From Minisyncoccota bacterium (GTDB taxonomy: Bacteria > Patescibacteriota > Minisyncoccia > Phycocordibacterales > JABAAK01): a stretch of DNA of 64,000 nt. The notes beneath the pieces were generated by a model. That model worked only from the letters and a program-made list of their open reading frames with translations. It did not search any database and was not told the origin of the DNA. Position 1 is the stretch's first letter. Every line of letters starts with the position of its first letter. The stretch is from NCBI GenBank assembly GCA_958295675.1, contig OY282360.1, forward strand, positions 52,133 through 116,132, written 5' to 3'. Position numbers and translations under genes: made by a program. This document shows, one piece after another, positions 31,207 to 41,444 of the stretch.

Positions 31207-31332
31207 ATATTTTAGAAAAGTAACATGAATAATGTGCAATTACTGACCTGCGCAGAGTGCGGTTGATACGCTCACACACCTTTGAAAAAATGTGCGCAAT
31301 AGGTGTGGAAATATACTTAAAAAACAATATGA

Positions 31333-31599
31333 TTACCTTCGCAGACCGAGTGTTTTGATGGTGTTCTCGTATATACCGTTACTCTTTCTTTTCAAATAAG
31401 AAAGGTGCTTACGCCGTCGCTCAACCAAACCGACCAATCCTCTGCGGGAATGCCTGTCTTTGTGATTATTTTTGAGATGATCACTCAATTTTTTGATACG
31501 CGCCGTCAGTATTGAAATCTGCACAGCGGAAGAGCCCGTGTCTGTATCACGAGTCCGTACCGCTGCTGCACTTGCTTGTTTTTCCTCTTTCGTAAGCAC
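31333..31599 (-). CDS. rpsO: 30S ribosomal protein S15
   Basis: DTGSSAVQISILT, KDRHSRRGL; GTG start 6 nt after TATACT gives 88 aa. Confidence 0.95.
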   Translation of the reverse strand: MLTKEEKQASAAAVRTRDTDTGSSAVQISILTARIKKLSDHLKNNHKDRHSRRGLVGLVERRRKHLSYLKRKSNGIYENTIKTLGLRR

Positions 31600-31689
31600 A
31601 ATGCCAGTATATATGGGTGGTAAGGAATATGCAATAACACAAAACCTGTGCATCACACTGATGTGCAGAATGCATACTACAATATATAT

Positions 31690-32550
31690 ATGGAATTTTC
31701 CAAAGCAAAGCGGCAATTTCTGGAACATGTTGAGCTTGGGTTGGGGCGGTCAATTAAGACGGTTGAGAATTATGATCGCTATCTCACCACATTTGCCTCA
31801 ATAATGAAAGTAACAGACACAAACCAAATCACTGAGTCATTTATCCATACCTTCCGTCTCACACTAAACAGACGGGGGAATATGAAGAAAACGACGCAGA
31901 ATTACTATCTCATCGCACTACGGATGTTTCTTCGCCATTTGGAAAGCAACGGAGAACAATGTTTGTCGCCGACCGCGGTGGTGCTGGCGAAGACCGGCAT
32001 GCGGGATATTGATCTGATAACCGCGGATGAACTGAAACGCCTGTTTCAAACTGTATCCGGAGACACAACACAGGACATTCGTGATAGGGCAATTTTGGAG
32101 ACATTGTTTTCAACAGGGCTGCGCGTATCGGAATTGGTGTCGCTCACCCGCGACATTGATCTCTCCGCAAAAGAAGTGGTTGTGCGCGGCAAGGGTGAAA
32201 AGGTGCGCGTGGTTTTTTTCTCAGATTCGGCGGTGCGGGCTATACAAGCATACCAAAAGAAGAGAAAAGATATGTCCAGCGCGCTTTTTGCCGGTAGGAG
32301 CGATGCACAACTCACCGTTCGGTCTATTGAACGCATTGTCACTAAGCGCGCGCGCGAGGCGGGTATTACCAAAAAGGTAACACCGCATGTTCTGCGCCAC
32401 ATGTTCGCCACCACTCTGCTTGCGAACGGCGCGGATTTGCGCGCGGTGCAGGAAATGCTCGGGCATGCGCACATAGCGACAACGCAGGTCTATACACACA
32501 TCACAAATAAGCGGTTGAAAGATATTCATAAAAATTTTCACGGGTTGTAA
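31690..32550 (+). CDS. XerC/XerD-family tyrosine recombinase
   Basis: TGLRVSEL, RGKGEKVR, HVLRHMFAT, LGHAHIATTQVYTH. Confidence 0.92.
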   Translation: MEFSKAKRQFLEHVELGLGRSIKTVENYDRYLTTFASIMKVTDTNQITESFIHTFRLTLNRRGNMKKTTQNYYLIALRMFLRHLESNGEQCLSPTAVVLAKTGMRDIDLITADELKRLFQTVSGDTTQDIRDRAILETLFSTGLRVSELVSLTRDIDLSAKEVVVRGKGEKVRVVFFSDSAVRAIQAYQKKRKDMSSALFAGRSDAQLTVRSIERIVTKRAREAGITKKVTPHVLRHMFATTLLANGADLRAVQEMLGHAHIATTQVYTHITNKRLKDIHKNFHGL

Positions 32551-32570
32551 GCGATGTATACTGACGGTGT

Positions 32571-33290
32571 ATGCGTCCTAAAACAGGCAATGGTTTTACA
32601 CTTATTGAACTGCTCATTGTGATTGCAATTCTCGGCATTTTGGTTGGTGTGGTTGTCGTCGCACTGTCCGGCAGTGGGACTGACACGGCAAGAATTAGTA
32701 ATACCATTCAGAATGCCGGTCGGGTGGAAATCTTCACCAAGCAACTGCATACACTCGGCTATGACGGCAATGCCATAGCGGCACGGATAAACAGTAATCC
32801 TGACTTTGCGACCTTCACAACAGCGGAAAAGGTGATAGGATCATACGGTTACATAATCAACTCGCTGGGCGGGAAAACATGCAATAGTGGTGTGGATAGT
32901 AGTGTGGGGGGTGGCAATAAAGAAGAAGTATATGAATTTTTGGAACATTTGGTGGGTGCATCGGCAGTGTTGGAGCATCATCCTGGTGGGACACTTCTGC
33001 AGAATGCCGAAATAAGCGTAATATGCTCGGCAGTTCGATCTGACTCAAGGCGTCTTTTCCTTATCGCTGTGAAAGTGGTTGACGACATTTGGTGGTGCTC
33101 GTCAAATTTTATATTCAACAAGTCTCATACACCGAGCGAAAAAAAATATCATAGTGGATTTTGGAATGGTTTCTATAGAACGGCACCATCAGGCAAGATA
33201 AATAAAGCATGTCACAATGCCAAAACACCTAGTAAGGACTCCACACTATTTGACGGCAGGCCGATACGGGACCACCAATCAAACTATTGA
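32571..33290 (+). CDS. Type IV pilin/pseudopilin-like protein
   Basis: Prepilin cleavage motif G^FTLIELLIVIAILGIL. Confidence 0.85.
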   Translation: MRPKTGNGFTLIELLIVIAILGILVGVVVVALSGSGTDTARISNTIQNAGRVEIFTKQLHTLGYDGNAIAARINSNPDFATFTTAEKVIGSYGYIINSLGGKTCNSGVDSSVGGGNKEEVYEFLEHLVGASAVLEHHPGGTLLQNAEISVICSAVRSDSRRLFLIAVKVVDDIWWCSSNFIFNKSHTPSEKKYHSGFWNGFYRTAPSGKINKACHNAKTPSKDSTLFDGRPIRDHQSNY

Positions 33291-33325
33291 ACACTGTGTT
33301 GCCGCAAATGCTACACTGCCTATAT

Positions 33326-34120
33326 ATGAAAATATATTCATGGAATGTAAACGGACTTCGGGCGGTACACAACAAAGGCGCACTGGACTCGTTCATAAAA
33401 AAAGAAAACCCTGACATTCTGCTGTTGCAGGAGATAAAAGTGAAGGAGGAGCAATTGAGCGATGCACTTACCGATGATTCTTTCATTCGCTGCTACAACC
33501 CTGCGGACAAAGCGGGATACTCAGGTGTCGCCATTTGGGTGCATCCGCGTAACAAAAAGATATTCAAGGAATTTTCAAAAGGTATGCCGCGCTGGAAAGA
33601 CGGTGAAGGACGGGTGGCGCAGTGTTCGTTGACAAACAAGACAGTCATTCTCTCCGTCTATGTACCGAACGGCGGCAAATCAGATGATGCGTATAAGGAT
33701 AAACTGCTGTTTTTCAACCTGCTCGCATCATACGCAAAAAAACTCCAGAAAGAGGGGCACAAGGTTATCATCGGCGGCGATTTTAATGTCGCGCGCAGCG
33801 AATTAGATCTTGCCGAGCCGGAAAAATTCAGAAACCATACCCACTTCAATGATGAGGTGCGGGCACACATGGAAAAACTCACAGCAGCCGGTCTTGTGGA
33901 TACCTACCGGACACGCAATCCGGACAAAGAAGGTGCGTACAGTTACTGGGACAACTTCAGTTTTTCACTTCCTCGCGGCACAAAACCCCGTGATGTAAAC
34001 AAGGGCTGGCGTCTTGACTACTTATTGGTTGATCCGTCTACAGACAAAAACATCAAAGAAGTTTCTATACACCAAAACATCTTCGGGTCGGATCACTGCC
34101 CTGTTTCAGTGCACCTATAG
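33326..34120 (+). CDS. xth: Exodeoxyribonuclease III / AP endonuclease
   Basis: SWNVNGLRA, LQEIK, GYSGVA, GDFN, GWRLDY, SDHCP. Confidence 0.95.
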   Translation: MKIYSWNVNGLRAVHNKGALDSFIKKENPDILLLQEIKVKEEQLSDALTDDSFIRCYNPADKAGYSGVAIWVHPRNKKIFKEFSKGMPRWKDGEGRVAQCSLTNKTVILSVYVPNGGKSDDAYKDKLLFFNLLASYAKKLQKEGHKVIIGGDFNVARSELDLAEPEKFRNHTHFNDEVRAHMEKLTAAGLVDTYRTRNPDKEGAYSYWDNFSFSLPRGTKPRDVNKGWRLDYLLVDPSTDKNIKEVSIHQNIFGSDHCPVSVHL

Positions 34121-34126
34121 CGAACA

Positions 34127-35620
34127 TCACCGAACACCGTGTTTTTTGCGTATACTCATAATTTCTTCCTGTTCTTCCTCCATACGCCGCACCTTCCCTT
34201 TTTCACCAAGTGCCGCAAGTTTCTCGTCAGGCATTTGTGATAATTCCTTTGCGCGAACGAACAGCACCTCCTTCTCATTTTTTGTTGGATCTTCAAGCAC
34301 TTCGGCAAGCAGTGTATGCAGCATATAACCGATACGAGGTCCCGGTTTCATATCCAATTCCTTCATAAGCATGCTTCCGTCTATTACCAGTGTGCCGGGG
34401 GTAATCGGTTCTCGCAGCACTTCCTCCACCATTGCTGTGTACTTGCGCAGACGGTACGGCTGTTCTTTCGGACGACCGGTACCGATACGGTCGCACATAC
34501 GCAGATCAATCAAATCCCAAATATTTTGCGCGCCAACTCGTGCCACCATCCGCCGGACACCCGCCGCTGTAACTTGTTCTGTGTCCGAAAAAAACATGTG
34601 CCATCGCACCAGAAGTGATGCCATATCAACAATATCCTTTGAAAATCTCATACGCCGCAGAATCTTCCTCGCAACGCGCGCGCCGACAACTTCATGCGTG
34701 TAGAATGTCCAGTCCTGTTTCTCATTTGACCATTCGCGCGTTTCCGGTTTACTAATGTCGTGCAGCAGTGCGGCAAGCCGCAACTCAAGCGACAGCTCTT
34801 TCACCCGAGCGTGCTCAAGAGTGCGGACATTATGCTCAAACACATCGTACTTATGCGCCTGATTCTGTTCAATGGACACTCCGCGCAAAAGTTCAGGAAT
34901 AATATGCCGCATCAGTCCGATTTCTTTAAGCAGAAAAATACCCTCAGCGGGCTTGTCTGCCATTAGAATTTTCACAAATTCATCCCGCACCCGTTCCACA
35001 GCAATGACAGCGAGCGAATCAGCGTGTTTCCGTATCGCTTCTCCGGTTTTTTCTTCAATAGAGCCGTTTAGCTGGGTGGCAATGCGCACCGCCCGCATCA
35101 TGCGCAGCGCATCTTCATTAAACCGTTCTTCAGGGTTGCCGACTGCGCGTATGTGTCCGTTGTGCAGATCGGCAATCCCGTTGTGCAAATCAACCAATTC
35201 CTTAGTAATCGGGTTGTACGCCAATGCGTTTATAGTAAAATCCCGCCGCGACAAATCCTCTTCCAAAGAAACACCGAACATCACCGCATCCGGCCGTCTA
35301 TTGTCGCTATACCCTGTCTCCTTTCTGTACGGCGTCACCTCTATGAGATTTTGAGCAGGATCTTTAATATCGTCAAACACCACACCAACTGTGCCGTAAT
35401 CATTCTCATAAACAGTGTGATCAAACAAATCCTGTATCTGCTCGGGTGTCGCATTAGTGGTGAAGTCCCAGTCAGCAACCGGATACTTCATAATCATGCC
35501 GCGAACACATCCGCCGATAATGTACGCATCAAAACCGGCATTGTGCAGCGTTTCAGCGACGGAAAGCACATGCTTCGGAACATCAAGATCAACAATATTT
35601 TTTGTTTCTTGTTTTGCCAT
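34127..35620 (-). CDS. cca: CCA tRNA nucleotidyltransferase with HD domain
   Basis: GGCVR, DWDFTT, EEDLSRRDFTINA, EDALRMMRA, LLHDISKP. Confidence 0.9.
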   Translation of the reverse strand: MAKQETKNIVDLDVPKHVLSVAETLHNAGFDAYIIGGCVRGMIMKYPVADWDFTTNATPEQIQDLFDHTVYENDYGTVGVVFDDIKDPAQNLIEVTPYRKETGYSDNRRPDAVMFGVSLEEDLSRRDFTINALAYNPITKELVDLHNGIADLHNGHIRAVGNPEERFNEDALRMMRAVRIATQLNGSIEEKTGEAIRKHADSLAVIAVERVRDEFVKILMADKPAEGIFLLKEIGLMRHIIPELLRGVSIEQNQAHKYDVFEHNVRTLEHARVKELSLELRLAALLHDISKPETREWSNEKQDWTFYTHEVVGARVARKILRRMRFSKDIVDMASLLVRWHMFFSDTEQVTAAGVRRMVARVGAQNIWDLIDLRMCDRIGTGRPKEQPYRLRKYTAMVEEVLREPITPGTLVIDGSMLMKELDMKPGPRIGYMLHTLLAEVLEDPTKNEKEVLFVRAKELSQMPDEKLAALGEKGKVRRMEEEQEEIMSIRKKHGVR

Positions 35621-35680
35621 ATATACAGTATATAGTTATTTGTCCGTGAACTGTAAAAACTGCTACACTGTGTGCTACAT

Positions 35681-35754
35681 GCGCCCGTAGCTCAGCTGGA
35701 CAGAGCGCCCGGCTTCGGACCGGGAGGTCGTGGGTTCAAATCCTACCGGGCGTG
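35681..35754 (+). tRNA. tRNA-Arg(TCG)
   Basis: Cloverleaf GCGCCCG...CGGGCGT-G; anticodon arm CCCGG-CTTCGGA-CCGGG; GGTTCAAATCC T-arm; no CCA. Confidence 0.93.
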
Positions 35755-35798
35755 CTGAACACAAAAAACAATATACGAAAGCGTGATACAGTACCAGT

Positions 35799-37484
35799 AT
35801 GCAGAGCAAGCGCATAGGAGAAAAAGAGTTTAGTGCGGCACCATATTGGGCAGATGCCGTCGCCGATATCCTCATCGCTGCGCATCCGGACAAAAAAACA
35901 TTTGTCTGCGCCGCGGGCATTAGTCCCTCCGGATCGGTTCATTTCGGTAATTTCAGGGAAATTGTCACTTCATTCGCGGTCGCACAGGCACTCAAAGATA
36001 AAGGAAAAAAAGCGGAGTTAATATTTTCATGGGACAATTTTGACCGATTCAGAAAGGTGCCGGCAGGTATTCCAAAGGAATACGAGCAATATGTCGGCAA
36101 GCCGCTTTCAGGTATTCCATCCGCAAATAATACAAATGAATCGTATGCCGAAGTATACCAGAAAGAATTTCAGGATGCGATGAAAGAATTTGCAATCTCG
36201 ATTATTTATAAAGATCAAACAAAACTTTACACAGCAGGCACCTATGACCGCCACATTATTACCGCGATACAGAAACGAAAAGAGATAGCGGACATTCTGC
36301 TCGCGCACATGACGGATAAAGGAAAGGAACTGAAAGGTATCAGCGACCGTGAATACCGGGAATCCTACTACCCAATATCGGTATATTCGCGGTTTACAGG
36401 CAAGGATGCGACAGAGATTCTCTCATGTGACAATACAACTATCCGCTATCGCTGTAAAATCACAAAGGAGGAGGAGGAGATAGATTTCACACAAACACAT
36501 ATTGTGAAACTGAATTGGAAAATAGATTGGGCGATGCGCTGGATGCACGAGGATGTGTGTTTTGAGCCGGCAGGCAGCGATCACGCCGCGCCAAATGGCA
36601 GCTATGATGTTTCATCAGAAGTAGCGAGAAAGATATTCAACACAGAGCCGCCAATGTTCACCGAGTTCGGCTTCGTCGGACTGCGCGGTCTCGGCACCAA
36701 AATGTCCGGATCGTCGGGAAAAAATATCACACCGGCAATACTTCTCACCATCTACGAACCGGCACTACTGCTGTGGATGTATCTCCGTCGTCTTCCGAAA
36801 CAAACCTTTTCCCTCGCATTTGACACTGAAGTGTATAGGCAATACGATGAAATGGATAAAATATTTCGCATGCCGAAAGCAAATCGGTTAAAACATCTAT
36901 TAAAAATAAAAAAAGCGAATATCAACCGAACAGACGGCGCGGAAAAACGGGTAGCAGAAATGCTGAAAAAAATACACAGTATCAGCAGAAACCCAATTCC
37001 TTTCCGCCAGTTGGTGGGACTTGCACAAATTATTCAATGGGATGAAGCCAAACTCGGCAAACTGCTTGTGGCATCAGGACAATCGTTTGATTCTGAGACA
37101 ATCCGCGCCCGCTTACCGAAAGCGAAAACATGGGTTACTGAATATAACACGGATGCACTTGTCACTCTTCGGACTGAGGTAAACACAGAAGCATGGAAAG
37201 AGATAGATGAAGAAAACAGAGAATACATTCGTCAGCTTGGGGAATATATACAGCAGTACGGAACCGGCAATATACAAGAAACAGAGAAATTTCTCTACAA
37301 TCTTCCCAAAGTGCAGTACACAAATGAAAACGATTTAAAAAAAGCGCAACGAACCTTATTCAAACATATATATCGTCTTCTGATCGGTAAGGATGCCGGT
37401 CCGCGGCTCAGCACATTCCTTTGGTCTGTATCCGCAAAACAATTACTGCACCTTTTTTCATTTAATCAGGTGGAGGAACTTTAA
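35799..37484 (+). CDS. lysS: Lysine--tRNA ligase, class I (archaeal-type)
   Basis: GISPSGSVHFGNFRE (HIGH), KLNWKIDWAMRW, FEPAGSDH, KMSGSSG, GPRL. Confidence 0.92.
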   Translation: MQSKRIGEKEFSAAPYWADAVADILIAAHPDKKTFVCAAGISPSGSVHFGNFREIVTSFAVAQALKDKGKKAELIFSWDNFDRFRKVPAGIPKEYEQYVGKPLSGIPSANNTNESYAEVYQKEFQDAMKEFAISIIYKDQTKLYTAGTYDRHIITAIQKRKEIADILLAHMTDKGKELKGISDREYRESYYPISVYSRFTGKDATEILSCDNTTIRYRCKITKEEEEIDFTQTHIVKLNWKIDWAMRWMHEDVCFEPAGSDHAAPNGSYDVSSEVARKIFNTEPPMFTEFGFVGLRGLGTKMSGSSGKNITPAILLTIYEPALLLWMYLRRLPKQTFSLAFDTEVYRQYDEMDKIFRMPKANRLKHLLKIKKANINRTDGAEKRVAEMLKKIHSISRNPIPFRQLVGLAQIIQWDEAKLGKLLVASGQSFDSETIRARLPKAKTWVTEYNTDALVTLRTEVNTEAWKEIDEENREYIRQLGEYIQQYGTGNIQETEKFLYNLPKVQYTNENDLKKAQRTLFKHIYRLLIGKDAGPRLSTFLWSVSAKQLLHLFSFNQVEEL

Positions 37485-37504
37485 AAAATGTATTCCATTG
37501 CCGG

Positions 37505-38473
37505 CTATTCTTTCAAATGTTTTTCAACAATTGAAACAACTTGATCAACACTAAGTTGTGAATCAACACCCTGCGGACTACCTCCGATAGTCGGCGATCC
37601 TCCCCACCCCGGCTCTAATTCATTGAGTTCCATAAGTGCTGCTTTAATATCTGCAAACTTCTTTTCAAAAGTGCAGACAGTGAACTTCTTGTATGGATCT
37701 TTTCCGTGCTGTTTGAAGGAGGGATTCAACGCAACAACAACCGGAGCGAGAGAATATCCGACAGTTGTTCCGGCTCGGTGTGTACTCTCCACAAATGCAA
37801 TTCTGCCGTCCGCTCTGGTTTCATAAGTAATATCACCATTTTCCAGCGCCTTTACCATATCCAATTTTTCTTCATGCACCTGCTTGCGGTATATTTCTGA
37901 TTCATTGCCGGTTTTTAACCACTCTTTCATTGATGCAACACGATCGGCAAGCGGTACCTTGAAGTCTGATATTTCCGCAGCAATCGCAGCAAGCACTTCT
38001 TCATTCTGATTATTCCATAATGTTTCTTGTGTGGGCAGCGGTTTCGGTCCGAGGTACCCTCCTTGTGCGAATTTATCAGAATCAGCAATGATTTTTACTC
38101 GTTCCATCGCTGCGTCATCAAGGACTCCGTCTTCAGATCGAATTGTAAATACAGCCATTGCGCCAACCGAATCAAGGTCAGCACGAACAGTGGCGAATAA
38201 GGCATCTTGAGGTGGGGTTTCAAATATAACAGCTTCCTCAATGGCGGCTGTGTCAGAATCCCCACCTGTGTGTTGGGGATCAATATTCACAACACAACGC
38301 TCCGCAAGTTCCGGTACAGTGACCTCAATACCGTATACATTATTACTTTCAAACACTTGATCATTATGCTCCCTTGCAGCCGGTATTGGTCTGGGGTCAA
38401 GTACTGCAAACGAATAAAAAGATGGTTTTTCCCGTTGCTCTTTATTTCCAAAATTATCAAATTTATTTTCCAT
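37505..38473 (-). CDS. Hypothetical protein, possibly divergent DHH/DHHA1-like phosphoesterase
   Basis: NIDPQH, RADLDSVG, GWGGSPTIGGSPQG; start moved to MENKF. Confidence 0.65.
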   Translation of the reverse strand: MENKFDNFGNKEQREKPSFYSFAVLDPRPIPAAREHNDQVFESNNVYGIEVTVPELAERCVVNIDPQHTGGDSDTAAIEEAVIFETPPQDALFATVRADLDSVGAMAVFTIRSEDGVLDDAAMERVKIIADSDKFAQGGYLGPKPLPTQETLWNNQNEEVLAAIAAEISDFKVPLADRVASMKEWLKTGNESEIYRKQVHEEKLDMVKALENGDITYETRADGRIAFVESTHRAGTTVGYSLAPVVVALNPSFKQHGKDPYKKFTVCTFEKKFADIKAALMELNELEPGWGGSPTIGGSPQGVDSQLSVDQVVSIVEKHLKE

Positions 38474-38617
38474 ATATACATCATAATAACACGCAAAACT
38501 CAAGACAGAATATATAAAAAACAATAAATGGATTTCTATAGATATCCAGGGTGCCGTTCAGGCGATTATGCTCGAACTATAGCACGAAAGTTGAAAGAGT
38601 ATTTTGAGAACAACACG

Positions 38618-38692
38618 CGCGCTCAGTAAGCACGAGAACTAGTCGCTCCGCCCTCCCGTGCCAATCACCGCTGTTATTTTCTTTTTCCATTC
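38618..38692 (+). repeat. Left inverted repeat of defence island
   Basis: Reverse complement matches 43889-44008 in two blocks (34 nt with 3 mismatches; 40 nt with 2 mismatches). Confidence 0.85.
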
Positions 38693-38776
38693 AATCCGTC
38701 CACTCCGTTTTTCCCACTCTGTCCTTTTGCTCCGCAAAAGTTCGAATCTGGAAATGCTTTATTATCTGTAGTATAA

Positions 38777-39691
38777 TTAGGCATCATCAAGATTATATTG
38801 TTTTAGTAATTCAACTCTCCAGTTAATAACTAGATTATTAAAAATCTCTACGCAATATTTTGTTAAAACCGTTTCTTCTAATAGAAATAAATTTGTATCA
38901 TAACACCTTTGTGTACGCGAATACTTATAATCTAATATACATTCCTCTTCCTCTCTTCTGATGTCTCCAATTTCAAATATAGATAATACACTAATAAAAT
39001 AATCTGTTAGAACAGTTTCTCCAAGAGGTTCAGACATGCTTAATCCAAGGTTTGGATTTCCAAATGGAGCTTGTGTTGGCATTATCTTATTCTTGTTCGT
39101 TTTTTGAATAAAATAATACCTTTCTACCCTAAAATTTATAAAAGAAAAAACTGTTTTTAATATCTGTTCATCAGTCATACTTTTTTTAAAAAAACTCTTT
39201 TTTGCCGCCATTTCTGATTGTACAAGAGTATTTAATTGTTCATTGAGTGTTTTAAATACTGATTCCTTAACAGACTTTTTCTCTTTCCGCTTTTTACACA
39301 AATTTTCTATGGTCATGTCATTCATAAAAACTTGCAACGCAAGGCTTTCAAAATAAATTAACAATCTTTGTTCTCTATCAGAGTATTTAAATTTAGTATT
39401 TTTAGGAGCTCGCATATCTTTTAGCATCTTATTGTGAAATTCCTTTATCTTTGCAGCGGAATTGCTTAATGAAATTGCGTGAGCACGTGAAATATGCATG
39501 AGAATAATTGCAAAATCATTTAAAGAAATACTTCCTTCCTCTTTTGCAGAATTCATTGTTTTTTTGAGAAAGTGGAAATTCTTTCTTGTCCCTTCAAGAT
39601 CAAACTTCACTCTAATTAATTTTTTTCGCCAATCTTTGAGCAAGTCAGCGCATTTTAACTCTGTTTTGTTTATGTTATCTCTTGTCTTCAT
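38777..39691 (-). CDS. Hypothetical protein (AT-rich orphan)
   Basis: 304-aa ORF, helical and Lys-rich, no recognised motif. Confidence 0.7.
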   Translation of the reverse strand: MKTRDNINKTELKCADLLKDWRKKLIRVKFDLEGTRKNFHFLKKTMNSAKEEGSISLNDFAIILMHISRAHAISLSNSAAKIKEFHNKMLKDMRAPKNTKFKYSDREQRLLIYFESLALQVFMNDMTIENLCKKRKEKKSVKESVFKTLNEQLNTLVQSEMAAKKSFFKKSMTDEQILKTVFSFINFRVERYYFIQKTNKNKIMPTQAPFGNPNLGLSMSEPLGETVLTDYFISVLSIFEIGDIRREEEECILDYKYSRTQRCYDTNLFLLEETVLTKYCVEIFNNLVINWRVELLKQYNLDDA

Positions 39692-39785
39692 AACTGAAAG
39701 GAAATTGCAGATACATAAAATATACCATATCTATTCTTTCGCACTGGGTCAGCGCCTACGATACCTCTAAGAAAAAGAAATTATA

Positions 39786-41258
39786 TCATGATGCTACAGA
39801 AGCTGACACTTTCTTTCTTGCGTCAATCAAAACAATATTTTCATCTTTTTCTAGACCAATCTCTTCTAGAATTTTAATAACTCTTTCATATTCACTTTTC
39901 TCAAAAAATAATATAACTGTAAAACCATTAAATGTTCTGTTTGCTCTTTTGTATATTTCTACCTGTTTTTGTAAATTTTGCTTTAATTTTTTATTTTTTG
40001 CAAGTTTAAATTCAACCAATGTCTTGTCTCTCTTGCTCGAGATAGTAAAATCAACTGAACCTCGACCATTATTCACCTCACGGTTTACATCAAAATCAGA
40101 ATTGTAACATGTCAAATGGAATAATAGTTGAAGATCTCTTTCATTGCTGATACATCCATCTTCACGATAGAAAAGCTTATATCCGTCCATGTTTTCTATA
40201 AAATCTTTCAGAATAAGAATCCTTTTCTTTGCCTCATGATAACTTCTCACTGGCTTATAAAAACCAAGGTTTTGTAATCGCCCAATCAGAGATTGTGCAT
40301 TTTCTACAAAGAAGGTATCAGAATAATCAACCTTTTGTTGACTGATATTTATTGCTTGGTCACCATTTTCTTCCTTATATTTTATGTAGTAATCAAAGAG
40401 CTCCGGAAACCTAATGAAAGTTGATCGTATCGCTGTATTCCTTTCTTCCTTTTTCATCTCCCTATTTCCTCTTTCGTACTGTTTTATACGATTTTTATAG
40501 TAATTATTTATTTGATGGCGTAGTTGAGCATTATCAATAGTACTTGGTATTTCTGTAAAATCTTCAATCAGACCTTTTCTATTAATCCATACATCATCTT
40601 TGGTCAATATATCTACTGGCGTTAAAATGACATAGTCATTTTCAAATTTTGGCAAGATAAAATTTTTTTCTGCCCACACTTCCGTATCATAGTTAAAATA
40701 AGATTTCTTGACCCTGAAAGTTCTCGTTAGTCTTTTGTCAATGTATCGTTTTGTAAATTTTTGGGTGTATTCAAGTAAAAAATGCTTGATTAAATTGGTA
40801 ACAAAATCACTTATATTATCCCTACCAACGCCATCCTTAACCAAGCACAATTTTTCTAAATGCGCCCCTCTCGTTATATTTTCTTCACCAAAATTTTGAA
40901 AAACAGTATTTAAATTTCCGTGCAGAGCTTCTGCAAATTTCATTCCGAGTGCGTGTCCTTTGTTTCCGATCACAGAATAACCAAGCCAGTTTTGCTGAAC
41001 CTCACTGAACATATACCATGACTTCATTTTGCCAACATCTACTTCTTCAGAAGATTTGTCTTTCACGAAAATTAAATATTTGATTATTTCATTGTGTAAT
41101 TTTTGATATTCTTCCTTTTCGCTATTAAAAAGAAGGAAAGGATCAATAAAAAGAGGTAAATCAGTAATAAGGGATATATTAAATGCTCCATATTCTTTGA
41201 GATCGTCTTTTTTTACATTAAAATAGTCTGAAAAGTGGGGTTTCACATGCTTGTGCAT
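39786..41258 (-). CDS. Putative PD-(D/E)XK nuclease
   Basis: N-terminal DLPLFIDPFLLF; C-terminal ERDLQ...REVNNGRGSVDF...VEFK...QVEIY. Confidence 0.65.
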   Translation of the reverse strand: MHKHVKPHFSDYFNVKKDDLKEYGAFNISLITDLPLFIDPFLLFNSEKEEYQKLHNEIIKYLIFVKDKSSEEVDVGKMKSWYMFSEVQQNWLGYSVIGNKGHALGMKFAEALHGNLNTVFQNFGEENITRGAHLEKLCLVKDGVGRDNISDFVTNLIKHFLLEYTQKFTKRYIDKRLTRTFRVKKSYFNYDTEVWAEKNFILPKFENDYVILTPVDILTKDDVWINRKGLIEDFTEIPSTIDNAQLRHQINNYYKNRIKQYERGNREMKKEERNTAIRSTFIRFPELFDYYIKYKEENGDQAINISQQKVDYSDTFFVENAQSLIGRLQNLGFYKPVRSYHEAKKRILILKDFIENMDGYKLFYREDGCISNERDLQLLFHLTCYNSDFDVNREVNNGRGSVDFTISSKRDKTLVEFKLAKNKKLKQNLQKQVEIYKRANRTFNGFTVILFFEKSEYERVIKILEEIGLEKDENIVLIDARKKVSASVAS

Positions 41259-41444
41259 ATGATATTATTATATCAAAACTGTCCTGTCAGGGCTTATTTC
41301 TCTTGCTTGTGATTGATTCAGGATTTTCTTCTGAATATATAAGGTTTGAAATACATAGTTCATTTTCTTTTTTCTTCATATCAACATTCTTCATTGCCCT
41401 GTTGTATCCTGTATGTTAGGCATTGAGGAGCCATCTTTTTCATT

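Noticed and set aside
31690-32550. Prophage/ICE integrase
   Set aside because: Size and motifs fit a housekeeping Xer recombinase; no att sites or phage genes adjacent
38721-38752. tRNA gene (GTTCGAATC T-loop-like string)
   Set aside because: No complete cloverleaf can be folded; at most a tRNA-like fragment
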